In this document: positions 49,751 to 62,430 of the stretch, in pieces
Layout of the letters: each line of letters opens with the position of its first letter
How positions within the stretch are numbered: position 1 is the first letter of the stretch
Origin: Octopus sinensis
Taxonomy: Eukaryota
Assembly: GCF_006345805.1 (NCBI RefSeq)
Contig: NC_043013.1
Location: forward strand, 40,362,001-40,426,000
Length of the DNA: 64,000 nt
Reading direction: 5' to 3'
The notes under the pieces: model-generated
The model's database searches: none
The model's input: only the letters and a program-made list of their open reading frames with translations
What the model was told of the DNA's origin: nothing
Program-made: the position numbers and the translations under genes

Positions 49751-51180
49751 TATTTAGAAAGGATTATTATTATTATTATTATCTATATCTATAAAAGAGA
49801 GTTTGTATATGTGTGCATATGTTCCTTATGCATTCCAAAACCAAGTTATCAATAATTGATGTATGGGGTAACAAAAGATTCAGTAAGCTTTTGGCTACTA
49901 ACTAAACTATATTTTCATTCTCATATTTGCATTACAAAAATTTAACATTATCATTTTTCTATTAGTCACCTATTGTAAACGACATTTTATACCACCAACA
50001 CAATGACGATGGCATCACATTTTCTATATGGGTATGTTTGCACGTTCATTATGTACGTTAGGCAGATGACTGACAAGTATATGTGTGTGATGGTGTATGT
50101 GTCTGTCAGTATACATACATTTTGTGATGACTGACACACACACACACACACACACACATCTAAAGACAGACAGACACACATAGGGACAGAGATAGTCTTG
50201 AGGTGTGCGTTAATGTATGTCTGTATGTGTGTGTGTCTTAGTGTATGTATGTGACTTTACTCACCCCACCCCTGCCAACAGTGAAATACGCTGATTTGAA
50301 AGTTTAGTTTAGTTGCAGCCTAGACTTTAAACGAACAACAGCATTCACTTTCAAGTACTATCAACATGAAGATTTGGCTGATTTGACAGCACTCACAGTA
50401 CTCACAAATGTATCTGAAAAAAAAAATGTTAGTCTTATTATTATAACAAATTCAGAAACTTGGTGAAGTAGAAAGCCTCATCGACTCTTTCAATATAATG
50501 ACAGGAATGTTATTCTACTCTTTCTAACGAGTTTGAAGATAATGCTTTTTTTAACAGTCCTTATTGTATTCCTGCTGTGCTTTTTCATCATTGTGAGTAT
50601 CAATGTTGCACAACCTTTTTACTACGTTAATATTTATTCTACTACCTATAACATTACACAGTTAAAAATATATATAGTAATGTCAAATTAATGTATATCT
50701 TGCTACATACATCCTTCAGCAAATGTTTTAAATTAATGTTCACAACAGCAGCATATTCCTTTCTATACACTTTGTTCAGTGTTCATTTCAAAATTGTAAA
50801 ATAAATTATTTTTGAATGAAGAATTGAATTATGCTTTCAGAATTTTCTTGGCCTTTCACTTTCTTCACCGTGACATTCATTCAGTCGTGAATTTTATAAC
50901 ATTTAGTACATGTTCCAAATAAATGTTTACTTTCTGTCCTTTGTTACATTGGTGACGCATAGTAACTTTTGCTAAATTGGTGACTTTCCATTTTTTTTAT
51001 AGCATACCTATGCTACAGAAAGTATGTTTTGCACCTATATTGACTACATTTCGTTTTGCATGAACTTCGTGTATGTATGTTTTGCTGTTTTCAAAATTAT
51101 CAATTCTATGAGTGTTTACGTGTCTGTGAGTATGTGTGTGTTTCTGCATTCATTACATATATAGTAAAGAACATTTTATG

Positions 51181-51480
51181 CTGTTTTAATGAGCCCACAT
51201 CTAATGAAGTAGCCATCTTATTGTTGGTGATCCCCATGAAAATCATGATATTCTCATTCATGTTTGAGATAACAACATTAAACATGTTTCACAAACTCAT
51301 CCCTCTTATGATGCTCTCCAGTATCCTCTTATTCTGTGGAATGGACAAGATGGGTGTCATTTCAATATTCCACAGATTGAACATACAACAAGAGAGCCAA
51401 TTACAAACCAAAAGGTGTGGTCAAATGACTTCAATTCTTACCAACTGATGTTAAGACCAGAACAATCAAGTCAATTACAC
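51181..51480 (+). mobile_element. Helitron Rep/helicase gene fragment (pseudogene)
   Basis: FNEPTSNEVAIL, then after a frameshift VGDPHENHDILIHV*DNNIKHVSQTHPSYDALQYPLILWNGQDG...KVWSNDFNSYQLMLR. This fits the Helitron NxPT..EVA / HxSYDxLQYPL motif. Confidence 0.75.
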
Positions 51481-51711
51481 ATGTCAAATATATTTTCATT
51501 TACATATTTTCTATGTTATCTCAACAACCAGTTATAGATATTTGAAATACACTTCTCTACAATGACCAGATTTCATGAGAAAGTGAAAATAGTTTCACAC
51601 TTTCAATTTGAACCAAAATTACAGAGTAATGATGTGCAAATAATGAAAGTAATGTTTCTCAGAATTAGCCACATCTGTATTATAATAAAGAAAGCTATTT
51701 ATTATCTATCT

Positions 51712-52272
51712 ACCATCAATGAAACATGGCAGCCATTCTGTGATGGTCTGGGGAGCAATTTGGAGCAATGGTTGATCGGAGCTGGTGGAGTGTGAGGGAA
51801 ACATAAACTCAGATAAATATGTGTCCATATTGCAGAAAGGACTCCTTCCAATCTTCTCCAGTGGTAAAATGATTAAAGAAGACTCTTTATTTATGGAAGA
51901 TGGGGCTTCTTGCCACCCGGCTAAAATGATCCAAGATTTGTTGGATGAGAATGGCATTAAAAAGCTTCCATGGCCAAACAATCACCAGATATGAACCCTA
52001 TTGAACATCTCTGGAACATAATGGACAACACACTCCATAAAAAGAACAAGAAAGCTTCTTCAAAGCCAAATCTTTTAAGATTACTGCATGAAACTTGGCA
52101 AAAAATTCTGCAAGAGAATATTTGTCATCTGATTAGTAACATGCATAATAGGGTCTACTAAATATTGAATATTCACATTATAGCAATTAATAAATAATTT
52201 GAACATACAATTTCAGATTTAAATAAATTTTAATGATTATAATGGTGTCTATTTACTTCTGTTATGTCTGTG
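51712..52272 (+). mobile_element. Tc1-family (DD34E-type) transposase 3' fragment with probable right TIR
   Basis: SMKHGSHSVMVWGAI, FMEDGASCH, WP.QSPDMNPIEHLW with a stop and a frameshift. Putative TIR ggtgtctatttacttctgttatgtctgtg|TA. Confidence 0.8.
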
Positions 52273-52929
52273 TATATATTGTAATATTTATATATATCAA
52301 CAATACTAATAATAAGGATTATAATGAAGTGGCATAGCATTACCTTTAATTCTATTTATATATATACAGCTTTACATAGACCTACACATGTTCCAACAGC
52401 ACCAATTAGTAACCATTGAAATTGCAACCCTATCATAACACTGGTGCAATTTCTTCTTAACTGTTTAAAGTTTTTCATTTATCTACTCTGCATTGGATGA
52501 TGTTTGTTAAGTTAGATGCGAACTATCTTCAATTCAAGTTTTGAATGAATAATCACTTATGGTCTGTTATTTCAAAACATTCCTTTGTTTAAATGTTCAT
52601 TATTCATTTATACTGGGCAAATGTGAATTTCCTCATGTGCAAGCATCTTGAAGCTTGTTCCTGTCTAGAACTTATTATATTACCCTTAGATGTAAAAATT
52701 GGCAAAATTATTCTAAACATGTCACAATTTTTAGTTCCAGGTTTGTATGGTTTTGCAGTATAAATTAATTCCCAATTGATAGTATAGTCTTTGTTTCCAT
52801 CTTCAATAGACCAGATTAATTTACTAAGACTTTTATTTTATTTTTATTTTTATCTCTAAATGAGCTCAAGTGATTTGCCAGTCTCCTCTTGAAAATTAGT
52901 GATGTTACACCGATGTAAAAGTATTCATT

Positions 52930-54704
52930 ACCCTAAGATATAATGTTACTACTATATAGCATATGTGGTGCACCTTGTCCACCACCTCTAGGTCTGGTCT
53001 GTTATGCTCTAGCACCTGATCTGTTTGGATTGGGAAATCCCAGAGGATATTGCTAGTCTCCAACTCTACCACTCTTTGAAGTTTGTGCTCATACCACATT
53101 TTGCCTCTCTCTAGCCCCCACTTTTCACACAGTTTCCAGTTTAGCACTTTCTCTACCTGATTATGTCTCCACAACTTGTAATGGTTTTGGGCAAGTCTAG
53201 GGCATTTGTTCATGATATGGGCAATGGTTTCATCCACCCTATTGCAGATACAGCTCAGTGAAGACGTTTGCTCATTCCTAAGGTTGACCCTCCAGTTCGT
53301 GGCCAAGTTCATGGTCTTGTGCTGCCAGTATAGTGCTCTCAGCCTCTTTTTTTAAGGTTCCTTTCATCAACCAATCCCACCTATTTTTTCCAGCAACTTC
53401 TGTTGTGGCTACATGGAACTGATTATGTAGTCCCTTCTTGCATAATTGTTCTTCATGTCTTTTTTGTACTTCCTCCTTTGTTTTCCCTTTTTTCTCTGCT
53501 CTCTATACTCCCTCGTTCCTAACTGTCATTAGCAAGACTTCCTTACTTTGGGCTAGCTATTTCAATTAAGCTCTTGAGTTCGATACGCACTTAGTCTTCA
53601 CACTTATCAGTCTCCTTCCTCCATTTGCTGTCTTCATGTATAGGCAGTCAGTGTCTGCATGTGGATGGTGAGTGAGCTCCATGCATCATTAGGAGCTTTC
53701 TTGACTTCCTGTTCATCTCTTTTAGCACCTCATCTGTCCACTGCAGGATTCCAGTGCCATATCAAACTACTGTGACTGCATGCGAGTTTATTGTCAAAAT
53801 TATGTTTCTAGCATTCAGCTTTGAAACCAATATTTTTCTCACTTGTTACAGGTACTCTCTTTTTGTCTTTTCCTTCATGTTGTGGTGTTTGATTCCATCT
53901 ACCTCAAATATTCCCAGTTCACCAGCCAAAGCACCTGACATTAGTTTCCACATTAGCGGAAAGGCATGTTATTGGTCTAAAGTTGGATGCAACATTTCCT
54001 TTTTCAGGATCCTTGGCATATAACAAAGTCTTTCCCTTTGTCATCCAGCTGGGTACTGTGCTTTTCTGCAAGCACTTACCTAGTTGTGCTATCCTTTCAT
54101 GGAGCCCTCTCAGCTTCTTCATCCAGTAACCTTGGACCCCATCCAGTCATGGGTTCTTCCAATTTGGGGATTTTCTTAACTGCTTTTTTATCATTTCTGT
54201 AGTTATTTTTATGTCTTCTTGGACTTCTATATTTCTTAACCTATCTTGGATTTCATGCTGCCACTCTCCTTCATCATTATGCTCTACAGGTTGGTCCCAG
54301 ATCCCTCTCCGGAATGTCTTGCTTTCCTCTGCATCTGGTATCATTGTTACGTGTATTTGGCCATCTAGTTCCTGAAACAGTTTCTTCTGATTTGCTTCAA
54401 ACAATCTGTTTTGCCTGAAGTGTCTTTTTCTATTATCATATCTTCCCAGTTTTGCTTTGATTGCCACTACTCTTTGCTTCAATTCTTCCAATATCACATC
54501 ATAACCTATATCTCTTATTCTACATGTTCTTTCCAGCATTATTCTTATGCTTTCATTCTGCAATTCCCCTCTTCTCAATCTATCAACTTGTCCTAAATAT
54601 CTTTTTAACTTTGTTTGCTTCTCACAAATTCATCTAAGCCAGTATGGTTCTTTATGTTCTGTTTGTTCTTTTCTTTTGTATCCAACTGTCTGCAGCAACC
54701 ATAG
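52930..54704 (-). mobile_element. R4/Dong-like (restriction-like endonuclease) non-LTR retrotransposon, 5'-truncated and decayed
   Basis: [48 protein letters not shown] knuckle CICNRVDETIAHIMNKC, RHNQV, WDFPIQTDQVLEHNRPDL (RLE). Confidence 0.85.
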
Positions 54705-54740
54705 CTATGGTTGCTGCAGACAGTTGGATACAAAAGAAAA
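54669..54740. repeat. Perfect 72-bp spacer-less palindrome
   Basis: ttttcttttgtatccaactgtctgcagcaaccatag|ctatggttgctgcagacagttggatacaaaagaaaa; the two 36-bp arms are exact reverse complements. Confidence 0.97.
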
Positions 54741-55106
54741 TTTTTTAAAAACAAAATTAAAAAAAAAAAATTGCAGCAATCCATCCTGATCAAAAGGTCT
54801 TTTCATCAGGGAAGACATGGTCTAACATGGAAAAAAATTAACATAAAGGCATTCTATTGTGAAAATTGCCTAGCAATGGCAGACTGCTCAGATACAATCT
54901 TGTAAAGTCAGTGCCATACTTTTCTTCTACTCTTTGATACAGGTTTTGTTTCAAGTGTCCCATAACTGAGTTTACATAAACTAGAGCTCCATGCCTTTAA
55001 TTTCCCCATCAGCATGCCTCTAATCTGAAAATAATTTTTCCCACCGTTCATTGATGTAATGTTTTGCATTCGTAATAATCAATAAAAATTTGTCATAACA
55101 ATTTTG

Positions 55107-57015
55107 TTTTCATTTTGTGCAGAAAATGCCAACTTCCAAATTCTGCTTTCTGATTAGGTAAAAATGATCAAACTTTAAATGTCTGTAACATTTTTCTAGA
55201 ATTTTTCTGCAACAAATAAAAAACAAAATCAGATTCAGCATGAAAAATTACATCGATATACCAAATTTGAAAATTTTCACACAGTTTTAAAATTTCAAAA
55301 CCTGTGACACCAACAGAAAAGGCCCAAGTGAGGTAGATAGACAGACATTTATAAGATGCGACACACGAGACATGCTGTCTTGTATTGTGTTTTATCTAAT
55401 CTTTTTAACTGTAAATATGTATGTGTATATATACAGGGTGCAATGGGTAAATTGTCGCCACTTTGTATTTTTAATTTTGTACATGCACATTATTTTGAAT
55501 TTTGTTGATTGCATGGTATATTAGGGTCAGTTGGGCGCCAACTGTGAGAAAAACAGAACTATGACACAACATGCTGTGCTGCTTGTCATTCACACTAGAA
55601 GCTCCAACATGAACATTTCTGAGTGTTTGGGTTTCAATCTGAGCATAGTACAGAAAATTTTTTTCTATAGCATTCCTTGATGGATTTTCAGAATAGTACA
55701 CCCCCATAAATTGGATTTTCTCTGTTTTTATGGAGATTTTTCAAATTTTTGTTCTACTACACCCTTGCAAATGATGGGGGTGGACATATGAGCTTTTCAT
55801 AAAAGCATTTTTGAAAATTTACGAACTTTTTCCCCCAGGACTGATTTTGCCCTTTTTTTTTTTTACATTATGCACTTAAAAACAACAGGGGACATTCCTT
55901 TGGTTAAAAAAATATGGGGAAATTCATGAATTTTCTCAAACCTTACTCCTCAACTCACTATCAATTTTGGCCTTTTCTTTTTTGTACTATACTAGAAATT
56001 GATGGCAAAGCCTTTGTGGTGAAAAAAAAGATAAAATTTTTGGAAATCAGTGATCACCATTATAATTCTCACATCCTTTATTTTCAAACAGAAAATGAAA
56101 TGTTATTAAAAATGATAGTGAAATCTTTAATTTTTTTCATTAACCCTCTCTGTAAATCCTAAATTTTTGGCTTTGTTTTGAAAATTATTTTAATCGTAGT
56201 TGATTAACATTCTTTTAATCATTAGATGGACTGTCCAAATCTACAATTTGTTTGTGTTTATGATTTCAAAATAATTTCATATGAATGGTGTGTGATTTAA
56301 AGGAAGTTTAGCTGTTGTTTCTAGCACGTCCCACGACCACCTAGTACCTTACTTGTTTCTTTGTCATTCTGACGTGTAAATGTTTTACAATATTTTTCTC
56401 CCCATAAATGCATTTGATGGAATGATGACACAGTGACCCTTTGCTGGGATTTAAGCAATAGCAAAAACAATCTGTAATTTAAATTTCTACTCCCCCCCCC
56501 AACACTGCATCAGCTAATTCCATGTGTGTGTGTGTGTAAGAAAAACATATTTACTAACAGAAAAGTATGGTATTAAAATAAATTATCTTTTACAAACTTT
56601 TTAAATCACTGTCACCCTAATGTAATTCCTTACACACATGCATACACACACACTGACAAACATACACATACTCAGACACACTGAAAAACACACACATACT
56701 CAGTGTGAACATTATACTTTTATAGAGAGTAAGAGAGAGTGTGGTAAAAATGTATAGAGAGGGGGAAAGTATTCCATGTTGAAAGTAAAAAAATGAAAGA
56801 GGTATTTTTCTGTTGCTGTCACGGATTTTGAAATTTGAAAATTGTGTGAAAATTTTCAAATTTGGTATATTGATGTAATTTTTCATGCTGAATCTGAGTT
56901 TGTGGTTCATTTATTCCAGAATAATTTTTTTAAAATGTTACAGAGGTTTAAAGTTTGATCATTTTTACTCAATCAGAAAACAGGATTTGATGTAATAGTT
57001 TTGATAAAATGAAAA
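55107..57015. repeat. Inverted pair of ~210-bp repeats (55107-55320 and 56806-57015)
   Basis: catgaaaaattacatcgatataccaaatttgaaaattttcacac pairs with gtgtgaaaattttcaaatttggtatattgatgtaatttttcatg; similarity extends over both arms with scattered mismatches. Confidence 0.8.
55434..55660 (+). mobile_element. Tc1/mariner-superfamily left end with transposase N-terminal remnant
   Basis: TA|CAGGGTG terminus, followed by MTQHAVLLVIHTRSSNMNISECLGFNLSIVQKI (HTH-like). Confidence 0.5.
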
Positions 57016-58264
57016 TAAACATTAGAAGATGAAGTTTTAAATTAAATGAAAGCACTGTGAAGTTCAATTGTGTTAGTGTTTTTTTTCTTCAGAATCATAT
57101 TTTATAAATTTTTCACTGTGTGTATATTACTTTTCACTGTATGAAGTTCGATTCTATGTTAGAGTTCAAATCCTTCAAACTTTCTTTCATTGTTCTTGAA
57201 CGTAGGTCTTCCATTTTGACACTCCTATGAGCATTGGTAACCTTGTTATCATTGTTATAACAACACTGTTATACAGTGGGAGGTATCCGCATCGCCACTG
57301 TTATGTCCCACATTATGACAACACATTTCTTTGTCACTGCGGTACTGGTCTGAACAGCATACCTTACTGACTGACATTACCGACTGTGTCAGTCAACTAT
57401 TTATTAGTAGTGGACCAGTCCACTACTCACCTGGGGGCGTCTGCCACAGCAGTGTTGCAAAATTCCTGATGTGAAACCATGTTGAAACAGATATTGTTAT
57501 ATTTTGGGATGGTCATTTCTTTTTACCAAATAAACACATGCACTATATATTTGTTCTTCACTCATTTATTACTGTTCTTATTTTAACTGATGTCCATTGT
57601 TTGGAAATTTTTAATCACACATCTGTGCCCTCTTCAGTGACACTGTCTGTCTTCATGCATCTTCCTGCTCTGCTTAGTCCAGTATGTCCTTCAATATTGT
57701 GTACCCTTATCTGCGCATGCATTTGCATCCATATCTATGTGTATATGTGTATTTGTGCATGCATGTGTATACACATGTCTATGTGTTTCACATGTGTGCT
57801 TATATGTGTGTGTGTATGTATGGGCTTGCCTACTACACTGTTTATATCCATGTCCTTTATATTGTTGTAATCATTATTGTCATTGCTCTTACTGGTACTT
57901 TGACCCTTCCCTCACGTTTTCTCTTCTGTTGCTGCTGCAGCTGTTCTTGGCCTTTACTTTTGATATTGTTCTAGTATCTTTCTGTGTTTGTGTGTTTGTT
58001 TATGTTGTTGTTGTTGCAGCCATTTGTGAAGTTGCTGTATGTGTGTTTGTGTGTGTATATAGGTTTGCTCACTTTATTTGTATCCATCCCCTTTATATAG
58101 TTTTATTTTTTCCTTACTTATTTATCTCTATTTCTTATATTTATCGTGGGCATGTGTATATTTGTCTTTTGTGTGTGTATTATGCTGTTTGTACCTGTGT
58201 CTTTTTTTCTCCCTTCTGTCTTTAGTTGTTGTGTTGCATGGTGTGGTGGTGGTGGTGGTGTGGT

Positions 58265-59100
58265 GTCATTGTTCCATTCATGTTTTCTGTTGAGGCTCGG
58301 TCTGTTTATTACTATGTGTGTAGCCTCTGTTATCTGTCTAAGTGTCGTGTCAATTCTGTGTTGATAATACCTTAATCTCTATGTTATTAACCAAGCCTCT
58401 ATGTTCTGCTTGAGCATGTTTAAGCATTGACGAACATTTCTTCTCTTTGAGTTCCTACCAGTGTTTGCTTATTCACTCCACTGTGCTGCATGCCATCTCG
58501 CCAATGTAAGTTGTCTTGTTTCTACACTATCACTCAAAACACCATAAGCAAAAGACTATATACTTCATATTACAGTTAACCTGTGAATTCATTCTATGTA
58601 CTACACAATTATTCTCCATACATGGGGACATATTGAAGGGACAGTTCTACAGATTAGGGTTTTTATGGGGGCCCCAGGCCTTTCCGCTACTTTAATCTGT
58701 AGATTTACCTTATCTAATGCATTTCTAAAAAGGTATGCTAGTTCACCACCAACAAACACAACACTAGTATCTTGCATTGTCATACCATGAATTAGCCGTA
58801 TCTATCTTTTTTTTGGTCTTTTCTGTGCTGTTCCGGGATTTACTCCTGTATAGCAGGCAGATCCCATTTGCATCACTCTGTATGATAGCCTTGTTCTTCG
58901 TCCTGGCTGTTTTGTACACTCTAATGCTGCTCAGCAAAGCCAATGAATGCAACCATGCCTATGACCTGATGGGCTGCATAATAGGCAGTATTTATGTAAT
59001 ATCCTTGTACCCATCTATTGATGATTTTACTGTGGAGAAATGCATGGAGGTGATTAGCAAAAGCTGATGAAGTAGCCCAAATTCTGCATTATCTTCAGTT
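58265..59100 (-). mobile_element. Penelope-like retroelement remnant (RT thumb/linker plus GIY-YIG endonuclease)
   Basis: DANGICLLYRSKSRNSTEKTKKKIDTANSWY, VGGELAYLF..IKVAERPG, KYIVFCL..TTYIGE, RQITEATHIVINRPSLNRKHEW; many stops and frameshifts. Confidence 0.75.
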
Positions 59101-59279
59101 AACTTTTCACATTTTGCATTAATGCAGACATGTAAATAACTTATTTATTATTAAATACAATAATATGAGCTATTTGCATGTTTTGAGGTTACTAAAACAA
59201 ATTTGTCATGATGCTTTGATGTTTATTATAAAATAAAGTTCATCATAATATTTCTCCATCATTTATATCTTTACATATA

Positions 59280-60551
59280 TTGGGTCATCCCATAAATAAT
59301 GTGGTCTTTATATACTTCTTTTATTTTTCAAAATTAAGATAAAGTTCTTTTTTAATCTAAAATATACTCTCCTTCATTTTCTACAATGCTCTTCCATCTA
59401 TCCGGTAGACTTTCAAGCCCCCTCTTCCAAAATTCACTTGTCCGTGATGAAAAATACTCCTCTAGTTCTGTTCTGATCTCATATACAGAATTAATATTGT
59501 TTCCATCCAAATGATTTTGAAGACTGTGGAATGGATAGTAATCAGATGGATCAATGTCTAGTGAATATGATGGGTGGGGCATCATTTCCCCTTCAAACTG
59601 CTCCAGCCTTTGGAATGTAATCCTCACCGTATGTGGCTGAACATTATCCTGATGGAAGAACACCTTTTGTCTTGAAACCAAAGATGGTCGTTTTTCTTCT
59701 AGTGCTGACTTAAGCCGTTCAAGCTGCTTGCAGTAGATCTGCTGTGTTATCGTTTGGTTTGGGTTTAAAAATTCAAAATGGACTAAACCTTTCATATCCC
59801 ACCAAACAAATAACAACATCATACTAGGATGAAGACCTTCTTTAGCCTGGGGTGCTGGTGCTTCTCCTTTCCCTACCCGCTGTGTCTGGCACTTGACATT
59901 TTTATAGAGAACCCATTTCTCATTACCGGTCACTATTTTGTCCAAAACAGGCTTATTTGTGAGAGATAACAGCAAAGAAGAGCACACATTCACTTTTTCA
60001 GTTTCTGCATGCAATTAAACTCAGAAAGTTTGTGAGGAACCCACTGACCCAAGTTGCTGACTTTTTCGATGGCATGCAGGTGTCAATGAATGGTTGAATG
60101 ACCAAATCCAAGCTTCTCTGCTAGTTCCTCAACAGTTACGATAGGACTTTGTTCCACCAGGGTTTGCAGGATGTCCTTGTCGAGCTCTACAGATCTTCCA
60201 GGATGAGGTTCATCTTCTAGCTTGGAGTTTCTGGAACCACCGTTGACACTGGCTTAAGCTTATTTGTCTGATTTCCATATACTGCATTAATATTACTCAC
60301 CCTTTCTGTTGCGCTGTTGCCTTTATTGAACTCATAAAGCAAAATATGTTGAATATGCTCCTTTGTTCCATTATAGCTTTGAAAAAATAACTGTTAAAAT
60401 CAAACTGTGCTCTTCATAACTTGTACTAAGAATAAAGACAAAGTAAAATTACTACCTGCTTTTACAGAAAATTAATGCAGATAATTTTTCCCGTCTCCCT
60501 CTGACTTTTAGTTCAGGCAATTGGAAAAACCATATTTATGGGATGACCCAA
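59280..60551 (-). mobile_element. Full-length (1,272 bp) mariner DD34D element, inactive
   Basis: TIRs TTGGGTCATCCCATAAATA at both ends, each flanked by TA. Transposase MEQREHIQHILLYEF, WVPHKL, IVTGNEKW, FHQDNVQPH, HPSYSLDIDPSDY, with stops and frameshifts in the N-terminal half. Confidence 0.93.
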
Positions 60552-60674
60552 TATATATGTGTGTGTGTATAGTAACAAGAAGGGAGGAGGAGAATTTCTC
60601 AATGTGATGAGTTGTAATGCAAAAAATATATATATATATAAATTTTTCCTTCTTTTATTTTATATCCACATGTG

Positions 60675-60736
<62 letters not shown>

Positions 60737-60879
60737 ATTATTCAACAAATGGCTAATGTATAAGGAATTGTTGAGAAAATATGTCAAGTTTATTTTTAAA
60801 ACTGCTCTTTAACTGTGAATTTCTTCAATCATAAGCAGCTTTATTACTCTCTCTTTCTCCTTAATTGGGCATATAAATA

Positions 60880-60924
<45 letters not shown>

Positions 60925-61152
60925 TATGTATCTGATTATGTTTATGTACATGTTTAATTTATGTATGCATATGTGTGAATGTTTAAGTATGAAGTGAAGA
61001 GACAGAAGTGTTAGTTTTTAAAAAGCTTTATAAATCGCAAACAATTTAAATTCTCTTGGTATTTTTAATATTCTGGCAAAATTCCAAAATCAATATTTTA
61101 CTTATTATTCTTTCCTGAAAGAAATATTTTATTGTAGAAGAAATTACTATTA

Positions 61153-61526
61153 TCTTTATATATAAAAGAGAGGTTGTGTGCTGTCTGTCTCCTACGATTT
61201 AGATTCCTAACTACTCCCACATTTTGCAGTGCAGTTTAACCAAAACCGGGTATCTTCTGGGTATTAGCACGTGTCTACGATGAGTCTACGGTTTAAAAAA
61301 AAATTTACCATCAATTTTTCCCATTTTTTAATGCATTTTTGGCATATATAAGGGAAGTAACTCTCTAAAAATTTATTATTAAATCTCAGAACATAAAAAG
61401 CTACAGTAACACCCCTCCCCCTTTGTGGTTAGCCATATTGAGATGGCTATTATACTTTACATCTCTAAAAATGCTTATATAGTTATTTCCCTTACAAACC
61501 CGAACAACGCTGGGCGATACTGCTAG
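61153..61526 (+). mobile_element. Non-autonomous Helitron-type element (374 bp), same family as 47859-48372
   Basis: A|TCTTTATATATAAAAGAG ... gatttagattcctaactactcccacattttgc ... CCCGAACAACGCTGGGCGATACTGCTAG|T. Confidence 0.8.
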
Positions 61527-61829
61527 TAATATAATGAATTGTTAATAATTTGAAATTTATCTTACAGAATTCAGGCCTGCTAAAATGTTTTCAAACTACT
61601 TTTAAATATAGTTGAAAATGTTTTTAATTGGTTATTTTCATTTGTAGAAGCCTTTCTTACAGCTGTCTGAATGGCCTCTTCTTATGAGTGAATGGTGGAG
61701 TTTCTACATGGTCACTAATTTTGCTATATATATATAGCAGCTAAATCTTCTTCAAATAGTATCCTACTGTTTCTTTATCCTTCAAAGGGAAGGACATATT
61801 AAACAATGTGAATGAACGAATATTTTCAC

Positions 61830-62430
61830 TTCCAGGACAGAAGTCACACTTTGCAGTTTCATGTTGCAGCCATGCACTCTACCAGGGTCCTTTCTATCCA
61901 GTCATCATTTCTGTGGGCCACCCAACAGATCCACAGTGCTTATCTGTAGCACATCACCTTAAAAAAATACTCTTACTTGTTTGGTGTCAGCCATTCTAAG
62001 GGTTCATGGTTTATATCTGTACAATGCCACTGGCCAAACCAGCTTGATGCTTTTGCTGAGGGTATAGTCTCTCCATATTGTATTTAATAACTCCATGTCT
62101 GATCTTTCTGCAGTGAGTCTTGTTCTGACTTCCTGATTGCAGTTCATTGTTTAGTCAAAATGATGCCCGAGTACTTGAACTTATCAATCTCCTGGGCTAG
62201 CATGATACCCTGACATTACATGGTAAGCTGCTCTGATTCCCTGGTGGCAGCTATGATCTTGATAATTTTAGTGCTAATCTCTAGCTGAAACTTGCTGGAA
62301 ACTTGACTGTGTCACTCAGTCCTTGGAACTCAGCATTGTAAAGATTATTTAGTCACCAGCTACTGATGCATACACCACCAATCCAGCCAAGACTATCTGC
62401 TGACCACTGCATCACTTCCTCATAGCAGAG
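61830..62430 (-). mobile_element. Old RTE/BovB-like LINE RT fragment
   Basis: QEIDKFKYSGII ... VRTRL ... LNTIWRDYTLSKSIKL..VWPVALY pattern; heavily decayed. Confidence 0.5.

Noticed and set aside
50265-50413. Minus-strand 149-bp segment with strong acceptor (t10cag) and donor (GG|gtgagt) as candidate upstream exon
   Set aside because: Stops in all three frames and no ATG-initiated frame reaching the donor, so it cannot supply the phase-1 coding exon. A non-coding exon cannot be excluded without RNA data.
57431-57480. ATG-initiated mini-exon MVSHQEFCNTAVADAP with CAG|gtgagt donor
   Set aside because: Phase 2 rather than phase 1, not a signal peptide, and lies in the Penelope-associated region.
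57538-58364. Overlapping Cys/Val/Tyr-rich ORFs
   Set aside because: Products of TG/TGTA microsatellite-like low-complexity sequence.
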